Assembly: GCA_009779255.1 (NCBI GenBank)
Contig: WREQ01000002.1
Coordinates: 59 to 64,058, forward strand
Direction of reading: 5' to 3'
Source: Dehalococcoidia bacterium
Lineage (GTDB): Bacteria > Chloroflexota > Dehalococcoidia > Dehalococcoidales > UBA1222
Length of the DNA stretch: 64,000 nt
The notes below the pieces were generated by a model. The model was not told the DNA's origin, did no database searches, and saw only the letters and a program-made list of their open reading frames with translations. This document shows, one piece after another, positions 57,051 through 64,000 of this stretch. A program made the position numbers and the translations under genes. The stretch's first letter is position 1. Each line of letters begins with the position of its first letter.

Positions 57051-60000
57051 TTAGGCTGCCTGATCGGCGCGGCGACGTGACTTCCATGTGGTAAATGACG
57101 CCACAGCACCTAAGGCCAGAGCGATGAGACCAAGGAAGTGTTGTCCTCCCAGAGAAAGACCAGTGGGCGGAACAACGGCGTCCCAATGATTAGTGAATGC
57201 GAACTCGCGGTCAATCGTTATGGCATGAAGCTCGGTATCATTGCCTACCGTGACAGAGGTGCCTTCGCTGTCGGTAAAAGAGACCATGTAGGGGATAGGC
57301 ATCGGGTTGCCATTGGCATCCACACCAAGGAAATCCACTGTCTCGACGACTCTGATAAAGCCTACCAGCGGGACGCCCGCTATCACGATGTGCTGGCCGT
57401 GCTTGAGGTAGAATGTCGCAGCGCCGTTAGCATCCAGCCTCAACGTGCCGGTTTTGTCCACAGTTGTGCCGGTGTAGATGACGTAGCCAAACTCCGTGCC
57501 CACCGCAAACGGCGTGGGCAGGATGGGATTGGGCGTCGCACTCGGGTCGCCCTGGTCGCTGAAGAAGTACACCGTAAACTCCCAGTCCATGGTCGGGTTG
57601 CCCATCTTGCCTGTCACTGTCTTGCTCACCGTCAATGTCGTGCCGGAATTTATGTAGTTAATCTGGTCGTTGGTCAGTAGCGCGCCGTCGAATTGGCTGT
57701 TGATGCGGGTGATGGCGCTGAGGAGCGCATAGTTGACCGGCGGCGTATAACTTTGTCCCGCCGTGTTCCCGATTACCATCGCCGTACCGCCGCTCACGAC
57801 AATACCGTCTGCGATTCTGATGTTGCCGTAGGCAATGCTCGGGAACTTAAGTGGGTTGTTGTACGCGTTATGTGTGACGCCGCCGTCATTGCTGTCGCGC
57901 CATTCCGTGTAGATGCCGCCGCCGTCCTGCGTTGCCGTGTTGTCCGAGATGACGCCGCCGGTCATTTCGAGAACGCCGTCGATGGTCACATACACGCCGC
58001 CGCCATTGGCATTGGCCTTATTACCAGGAATCTTACCGCCGTTCATGGTAAATGAGCCATCGTTGTAAACGCCGCCGCCGTTGGTAGCTGTGTTGGCATC
58101 AGGGGCATTCTCACCGCCGATCGTGCCGCCGGTCATGGTAAAAGTTCCGGCACTATACACACCGCCGCCATTGTTGACTGCCGTATTACCAGAAACCTTA
58201 CCGCCTTCCATGGTAAATGTGCCGCCAACGGCTACATACACGCCGCCACCGTTGTTTGCTATGTTGCGGTTGATAACGCCATCACCAGGCTTCTCAAAGA
58301 CACCGCTGGCGCCTACGTATATGCCGCCGCCGTCGCTGGCAGCTCTATTATTAGAAACAGCACAGTTATCCCCCATTTCAAACGCGCCGTTATTATATAC
58401 GCCGCCGCCGAACGAAGCTTCGTTGTAGCTGATCTCGCCGTTGTAGTTCCTCATCTCAAAAATGCAGCCGCTCGCAATATACACGCCGCCGCCAAGTTCA
58501 GCCGTGTTCGCATGCCCGTTAACGCCAATGGCGCCACCGTACATCTCAAACCTGCTTGCGTTGGTAACATACACACCGCCGCCGTCATCAATTGCTGTAT
58601 TACCGGAAATCTCACCGTTAAACAAGGTGAAGAAAGACGCATCGGCTACATATACGCCACCACCCAGGGTCGCAGTGTTGCCTCTAATGACGGGAACGAT
58701 AGTATCGCTGGACATTTCGAATTCGCCGTTGATTGCGCACACGCCGCCGCCATACTCAGCCGTATTGCCACTGATCTCGCCGCCTTTGATAACAAGCCGC
58801 TTGCCTGCTGTGCTATTGCTGACGTAATACACGCCGCCACCGCCGCCAACTGCCGTGTTGTCGCTGATGGTGCCGGCTTCTATAACGAAGCTACCGCTAC
58901 TTCCGTCATAATACACGCCACCGCCATCCTGCGATGCCGTGTTGTCGGAGATAACGCCGCCTTTCAGGATGAAGCCGCTGGCAATGCTACTTCCGTCATA
59001 ATACACGCCGCCGCCGTTGGTAGCTGTGTTGCCGGAGATGGCACCGTCTTCCATGATGAAGCTGTTGACAGTGCTGCTTCCGTCATAATACACGCCGCCG
59101 CCGTTGGATGTTGCCGTATTGCCGGAGATCGTGCCGTCTTCCAGGGTGAACGTGCCGGCGTTGTAAACACCGCCGCCGTTGGATGTTGCCGTATTGCCGG
59201 AGATCTTGCCGTCTTCCATGGTAAAGGTGCCCCAGTTGTAAACGCCGCCGCCGCGGGCAGCTGTGTTGGCATCAGAGGCATTCTCGCCGCCGATCGTGCC
59301 GCCGGTCATGGTAAAAGTTCCGGCATTATACACGCCGCCGCCAACGCCATTGGTCGCATTACCAGAAATCTTACCGCCTTCCATGGTAAAGGGTCCCTCG
59401 TTGTAAACGCCGCCGCCGGCGGATGTTGCCGTATTGCCGGAGATGGTACCGTCTTCCATATTGAACGTGTCGACGTTGTAAACACCGCCGCCGATTGTTG
59501 CCGTATTGCCGGCGATCGTGCCGCCTTCCATGGTAAAGAGGCCCTCGTTGTAAACGCCGCCGCCGTTGGTAGCTGTGTTGGCATCAGAGGCATTATCACC
59601 GCCGATCGTGCCGCCGGTCATGGTGAACGTGCCACTGTTAAGCACACCGCCGCCAGATGCTGCCGTATTGCCGGAAATCGTGCCGTCTTCCATGGTAAAG
59701 GTGCCCTCGTTGAAAACACCACCGCCGCCGTCCTGCGTTGCAGTATTGCCGGAGATGGTGCCGTCTTTCATGGTGAAGGTGCCGCCGACATAGATATAAA
59801 CGCCGCCGCCGCCGAATGCTGCCGTATTGCCGGAAATCGTGCCGTCTTCCATGGTGAAGGTGCCGCCGACATAGATATAAACGCCGCCGCCATCGGTAGC
59901 TGTGTTGGCATCAGAGGCATTCTCGCCACCGATCGTGCCGCCGGTCATGGTGAAGGTACCCATCATGAAGCTACAAACGCCGCCGCCGATTGATGCCGCA

Positions 60001-63000
60001 TTGCCGGAGATGGTGCCGTCTTCCATGGTGAATGTACTGGCGTTGAAAACACCGCCGCCGTTGCCGCCACTGGATGTTGCCGTATTGCCGGAGATCGTGC
60101 CGTCTTTCATAGTAAAGGTGCCACTGTTAAGCACGCCACCGCCGCTGCCGAGTGTTGCCGTATTGCCGGAGATCGTGCCGTCTTCCATGGTGAACGTGCC
60201 GACGTTATATACACCGCCGCCGTTGTAGGTGACTTTGTTGCCGGAGATGACGCCGCCGGTCATGGTGATTGTGCCTGTGCCACTGTTGGCCACACCGCCG
60301 CCATTGCTGATTGCCGTATTACCAGAGATGGCGCCGCCTTTCATAGTGAAGGTGCCGCCGAAGTTGCTGATGTAAACGCCGCCGCCGGTGTCATTCTTAC
60401 AATTCGTTATCACAGCACCGTCTTCCATGGTGAAGGCGCCGCCGTTATTCACCGCCACACCGCCGCCAGTGACATCCGTGTCATCGCCGTCAAGGATGAT
60501 ATTGCTGATGGTTAGGCTGCCATTTACAGTGAGGTGCCGATTTGTACTGAGCTGCGTAATCGTCCACTGGTTACCAGTGTCCGACGTGAGGGTGATGTTT
60601 TTGCCCGCCGGTATGACCACCGCCGCGTTCTTATACGACGTAGCGATTGGCCCCTTCGGATCAGTTCCGGCAAAGTCAGACATATCGAGGTCATCTTCCA
60701 GCGCAACTATCGTCCACGGATTTCCCGTATTTGTCGGGTCGCAAGCCGCAACCGCGTCTGCCAGCCAGTAGTAGGTGCCAATGAGGGTGCCTGTAGCGGG
60801 GGTGCCGTCCCAGACTTGGTAGCGATCGGGGATCGGCGAGGTAACAATAAGGTCATCGCCGCTGACGCCTATGATATAGCCGGGTATTGCGGTCGCTGCA
60901 GAGGAATGCAACGTGAAATGCGACGCATTCGAGTTAATGGCACCATCGACGACCAGCACCGCCGTTGCAGGCGGGACCGGCCATGCGGACGTGGGTGTTG
61001 CGCCATAACCCAGGCGGACCTCAACAGGGATCGTCGGGGTGAACGTTGCTGGAGTAGACAAGCCGCCCGTGTTAACCAAGACCGTTCCCGTTATCGTCGG
61101 GGAACCGCTCAGGCTGACAAGCCCTCCGGCCACATTGTTGTAGACCGCATAACCTGTGGTGGCCGAGACAGAGCCGCCGTTGATGTTGATAGAACCGGTC
61201 ATTTGGTTGAATATCGCATAGCCTGTCGTGGCCGATACATTGCCGCCGCTGATGTTGACCATGCCAGTCGAGTGGTTGTTGATCGCCCTGCCGGTGGTGG
61301 CAGATACCGTTCCGCCGCTGATTGTGATGGTGCCAGCATTATCGTTGTAGATCGCTCTGCTGTTGGTGTTGTTTGCGTTGTTCTGTACTTTGCCGCCGGT
61401 GATCGTGAGGATATTATTGCCGGCTGTGCCGCCTGCAAGATATATCGTGCCCTGAGCAGCAGCCGGATTATCCGAAGTGACCTCTGTGGGGATCGTGGAG
61501 GTTGTTTCCGATATTGTTATCAGGCCTGTCGAGTTGTTGTATATCGCAACCCCGACCGTGGCCGAGACAGTGCCGCCGCTGACATTGATCGCGCCAGTCG
61601 AATTGTTGTAGACCGCCATGCCGCTTGTGGCCGAGACCCTTCCGCCACTGATGTTGACCGTGCCGGCACCATTGTTAAAGATCGCGTTGCCGCCGGCTGC
61701 GGTGTTCTCCACTATACCGCCGGTGATCGTGAGGACACCACCTACATGGCGTATCGTACCCTGAGCGCTGTTGGTATGCGCCGAAGTGATCCTTGTGGGG
61801 ATCGTGGAGGTTGTTTCCGATATCACGATCGTGCCAACCACCTGGTTGTTGATCGCAATGCCAGTGCCGGACGATACCGTTCCGCCGCTGATTGTGAGCG
61901 TCGCACTGGTAGATTGGTTGACGATCGCAGCGCCGGTGGTGGACGATACCGTTCCGCCGGTGATCGTGACCGGACCGCCTGACGATCCGGTGAGGATCGT
62001 AGTGCCGGTGCCGGACGACACTATTGCCGAACCGCTGATTGTGACCGCGCCTGCCCCGAAGTTGTAGATCGCCATGCCTGTGTCAGTGGCCGAGACCGTG
62101 CCGCCGGTGATGTTGACCGTGCCGGTCGATTGGTGCCAGATCGCCCTGCCGGTCGTCGCCGTGACAGCGCCGCCAGTGACGGTGACCGTACCTGTCCCGG
62201 CGGTGCCGATCGTCCCGTTGACGCCAGTCGATGAGACCACACCGCCGGTGACGGTGAGGTTACCGCTGTTGACCTGTACGGCACGCGCATTAGACTGTGT
62301 GTTGGAGTTGTTTATTGCGCCGGTGCTTGTGACGTTCACGCCGGAGCTGATGTTAATTACACCGGTGGCCACCGAGCCGGTGGTATTGGCCGTAATCGAG
62401 CCGCCCAGAGTTATGTTGCCCCAGTTCTCAGAGAGTGCTGTACTGTTCTCGAACGTTATATTCTGCGAACCTATGTTGAGCTGGCCTGTGCCGGTGTATG
62501 GTGTGGTGGCCGTGTTTAGTGCGTTCGCGAAGAATATGCTGCAAGCGTTACCTTCCGCATCCGCGCGTATCAGGTCTATCAGGTTCTGAACGTTGGTGTT
62601 GGTATAACCGGCGCCGCCTATCTGATAGTGTGAGCCGTCGTCCATGAATCCAATCGCCGCAAAGGCGGATGTGCTTACGTACACTATGTACTCATAGGTC
62701 TTATCGAGTGCCCTAAGGACAAGGTTATTCCCGACCTCAATTATCTCGAAACCTGCGCCGGACGGCTGGTGAAGCTGGAAGCTGTTCAGATAGCTTGTGC
62801 CGTTGACATTAGCTCCGTTCACCACAACGACGTCGCCGTGTGCGTAAGCGGCTAACTGGACCGTATACATCTTGCTTACGGGCGCAAACGGCGTGCCAGT
62901 TGTGAGAGCGGTCAGTCTGTTCTGGGTGACGTAGATCGTTCCCGTTATGGTCGGATTGCCGCCGAGATTCACTGCTCCTGCCGCCGCATTGCAATAGACC

Positions 63001-64000
63001 GCATAAACGTCGCCCGTGACCGTGCCGCCGGTGATGTTCACGATCCCGGAACTTGCGTTGTATATCGTGCGGGCGTTGGCATTGGCCGCAGTGTTCGATA
63101 CCGTGCCGCCGGATATGTTGATCGTTCCGCCTGCTACGTTGCGTATCGTACCCTGGGTGTTGTTAGTGTTCGCCGATGTCACGATCGTCGGGACGGTGCT
63201 CGACGCTTCGGATATCGTTATCACTCCGAGGGAGGAGTTCCAGATCGCCACGCCTGCGCCGCTCTGTACCGTGCCGCCGGATATATTGACCGCTCCGGTG
63301 GAGACATTCTCGAGCGCGTGGGCAGCACCGGTGTTCCGCACCGTGCCGCCGGATATGTCAATCGTTCCGTTGAATTGGTTCACGATTGCGGAGTACGGGC
63401 TGTTGGCTGATACCATGCCGCCGGATATCATTATCACTCCGCTGGAGTTGTTCCGGATCGCGACGCCGCCGTTGGCTGAGACCGTACCGCCGGTGATGTT
63501 CACAATCCCGGAACCTGCGTTGTATATCGTGCGGGCGTTGCCATTGGCCGAGGGATTCGATACCGTGCCGCCGGATATGTTGATCGTCCCGCCTACGACA
63601 TTGTGTATCGTGCCGCTGGTGGCGGATACGTTCGCCGATGTCACGAGCGTCGGGTTGGTGCTCGACGCTTCGGATATCGTTATCACTCCGGTGGAGTCGT
63701 TCCATATCGCCGCGCCTGTGTTGCTCCGGACCGTACCTCCGGATATGCTGACCGTGCCGGCCCCATTGTTAAAGATCGCGTTGCCTGTGCCGGTGTTCTC
63801 GATCAAGCCGCCGGTGATCGTAAGCCTCGGCCCCGTGGTCGCGCCTGAGGAGATGTCGATCACGTAACTTCCGGGGTTCCCTCTTATGATCGTCGGGTTC
63901 GACGTTTCCGATATCGTTACATGCCCCGTGCTTAAGCTGTATATCACCCTGCCCGAGCCTGTGTTCACTACCGTACCGCCGGATATGTCGATCGCTCCGG
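57051..64000 (-). CDS. giant beta-helix-repeat surface adhesin, sorting signal VPPTG (5'-truncated by the window edge)
   Basis: The frame is open to position 64000 (codons upstream of the listed GTG read ..GAIDISGGTVV..), giving more than 2,300 aa. Two repeat families: ISGGTVSxxxGxAIxN, and GGGVYxxGTFTMxxGxISGNTA. C-terminal CnaB/pilin-like domain (TVSKTVTG...AFTNHW), then VPPTG, TM, KSRRR. Confidence 0.9.
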   Translation of the reverse strand, partial: GAIDISGGTVVNTGSGRVIYSLSTGHVTISETSNPTIIRGNPGSYVIDISSGATTGPRLTITGGLIENTGTGNAIFNNGAGTVSISGGTVRSNTGAAIWNDSTGVITISEASSTNPTLVTSANVSATSGTIHNVVGGTINISGGTVSNPSANGNARTIYNAGSGIVNITGGTVSANGGVAIRNNSSGVIMISGGMVSANSPYSAIVNQFNGTIDISGGTVRNTGAAHALENVSTGAVNISGGTVQSGAGVAIWNSSLGVITISEASSTVPTIVTSANTNNTQGTIRNVAGGTINISGGTVSNTAANANARTIYNASSGIVNITGGTVTGDVYAVYCNAAAGAVNLGGNPTITGTIYVTQNRLTALTTGTPFAPVSKMYTVQLAAYAHGDVVVVNGANVNGTSYLNSFQLHQPSGAGFEIIEVGNNLVLRALDKTYEYIVYVSTSAFAAIGFMDDGSHYQIGGAGYTNTNVQNLIDLIRADAEGNACSIFFANALNTATTPYTGTGQLNIGSQNITFENSTALSENWGNITLGGSITANTTGSVATGVINISSGVNVTSTGAINNSNTQSNARAVQVNSGNLTVTGGVVSSTGVNGTIGTAGTGTVTVTGGAVTATTGRAIWHQSTGTVNITGGTVSATDTGMAIYNFGAGAVTISGSAIVSSGTGTTILTGSSGGPVTITGGTVSSTTGAAIVNQSTSATLTISGGTVSSGTGIAINNQVVGTIVISETTSTIPTRITSAHTNSAQGTIRHVGGVLTITGGIVENTAAGGNAIFNNGAGTVNISGGRVSATSGMAVYNNSTGAINVSGGTVSATVGVAIYNNSTGLITISETTSTIPTEVTSDNPAAAQGTIYLAGGTAGNNILTITGGKVQNNANNTNSRAIYNDNAGTITISGGTVSATTGRAINNHSTGMVNISGGNVSATTGYAIFNQMTGSININGGSVSATTGYAVYNNVAGGLVSLSGSPTITGTVLVNTGGLSTPATFTPTIPVEVRLGYGATPTSAWPVPPATAVLVVDGAINSNASHFTLHSSAATAIPGYIIGVSGDDLIVTSPIPDRYQVWDGTPATGTLIGTYYWLADAVAACDPTNTGNPWTIVALEDDLDMSDFAGTDPKGPIATSYKNAAVVIPAGKNITLTSDTGNQWTITQLSTNRHLTVNGSLTISNIILDGDDTDVTGGGVAVNNGGAFTMEDGAVITNCKNDTGGGVYISNFGGTFTMKGGAISGNTAISNGGGVANSGTGTITMTGGVISGNKVTYNGGGVYNVGTFTMEDGTISGNTATLGSGGGVLNSGTFTMKDGTISGNTATSSGGNGGGVFNASTFTMEDGTISGNAASIGGGVCSFMMGTFTMTGGTIGGENASDANTATDGGGVYIYVGGTFTMEDGTISGNTAAFGGGGVYIYVGGTFTMKDGTISGNTATQDGGGGVFNEGTFTMEDGTISGNTAASGGGVLNSGTFTMTGGTIGGDNASDANTATNGGGVYNEGLFTMEGGTIAGNTATIGGGVYNVDTFNMEDGTISGNTATSAGGGVYNEGPFTMEGGKISGNATNGVGGGVYNAGTFTMTGGTIGGENASDANTAARGGGVYNWGTFTMEDGKISGNTATSNGGGVYNAGTFTLEDGTISGNTATSNGGGVYYDGSSTVNSFIMEDGAISGNTATNGGGVYYDGSSIASGFILKGGVISDNTASQDGGGVYYDGSSGSFVIEAGTISDNTAVGGGGGVYYVSNSTAGKRLVIKGGEISGNTAEYGGGVCAINGEFEMSSDTIVPVIRGNTATLGGGVYVADASFFTLFNGEISGNTAIDDGGGVYVTNASRFEMYGGAIGVNGHANTAELGGGVYIASGCIFEMRNYNGEISYNEASFGGGVYNNGAFEMGDNCAVSNNRAASDGGGIYVGASGVFEKPGDGVINRNIANNGGGVYVAVGGTFTMEGGKVSGNTAVNNGGGVYSAGTFTMTGGTIGGENAPDANTATNGGGVYNDGSFTMNGGKIPGNKANANGGGVYVTIDGVLEMTGGVISDNTATQDGGGIYTEWRDSNDGGVTHNAYNNPLKFPSIAYGNIRIADGIVVSGGTAMVIGNTAGQSYTPPVNYALLSAITRINSQFDGALLTNDQINYINSGTTLTVSKTVTGKMGNPTMDWEFTVYFFSDQGDPSATPNPILPTPFAVGTEFGYVIYTGTTVDKTGTLRLDANGAATFYLKHGQHIVIAGVPLVGFIRVVETVDFLGVDANGNPMPIPYMVSFTDSEGTSVTVGNDTELHAITIDREFAFTNHWDAVVPPTGLSLGGQHFLGLIALALGAVASFTTWKSRRRADQAA
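57911..60480 (-). repeat. array of degenerate ~22-25-codon coding repeats (GGGVY..GTFTM.DG.ISGNTA)
   Basis: Dozens of recurrences are visible both in the translation and as recurring DNA strings (e.g. ggtgccgtcttccatggtgaa, acgccgccgcc). Boundaries are approximate. Confidence 0.85.

Noticed and set aside
57911-60480. Regularly spaced DNA repeats that could look like a CRISPR array or satellite
   Set aside because: The periodicity is a multiple of 3 within an open reading frame. Repeats are degenerate and contiguous, with no unique spacers, and no cas genes are nearby. These are coding beta-helix repeats.
58081-63867. Plus-strand ORFs inside the giant adhesin gene (58512-59993, 60534-61982, 63016-63867, 62074-62589 and others)
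   Set aside because: They are antisense to a continuous >6.9-kb frame with a coherent repeat architecture and a C-terminal sorting signal. Their translations are periodic low-complexity strings generated by the repeats.

Overview
GC-rich bacterial chromosome segment. The partial 16S rRNA gene at the left edge (minus strand, 1-905) and the gene content look like class Dehalococcoidia (Chloroflexota); that assignment is from memory and needs a database check. Most of the window is core genome. It holds tldD/pmbA, a small mixed block (PAC2-like, HEAT-repeat, GNAT, split MaoC hydratase, kinase fusion), ahcY-metK, two hexose-phosphate enzymes, and a very long minus-strand ribosomal supercluster (17.3-37.3 kb) that runs rpsL-rpsG-fusA, S10, spc, alpha, then truA-rplM-rpsI, with no tuf gene. 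A tightly coupled plus-strand shikimate/tyrosine operon follows (38.7-46.4 kb). Accessory parts are: (i) a tandemly duplicated secreted-protein pair plus a membrane-anchored partner (4.0-5.9 kb), next to a (GCTT)7 microsatellite and an orphan hairpin; (ii) a low-GC LRR surface-protein gene (37.5-38.1 kb); (iii) a ~190-bp direct repeat flanking an acetate-transporter-family gene (46.9-48.3 kb); (iv) a Fic protein and an ABC exporter; and (v) a five-gene sortase/pilus-type operon (52.1-64.0 kb, continuing past the window). The operon order is giant beta-helix adhesin, predicted-inactive signal-peptidase homologue, backbone pilin, class B sortase, membrane-anchored pilin-domain protein. This matches the Streptococcus pyogenes FCT pilus operon as I recall it, including VPPTG/DPPTG sorting signals, yet it sits in a lineage whose cultivated members lack peptidoglycan. 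The second main finding is a hand-found 28-codon leader ORF with eight consecutive aromatic codons (W-Y-F-Y-Y-Y-Y-F). It has a consensus promoter, an intrinsic terminator and a complementary anti-terminator segment upstream of the aro operon. No tRNA, CRISPR array, transposase or integrase was recognised.
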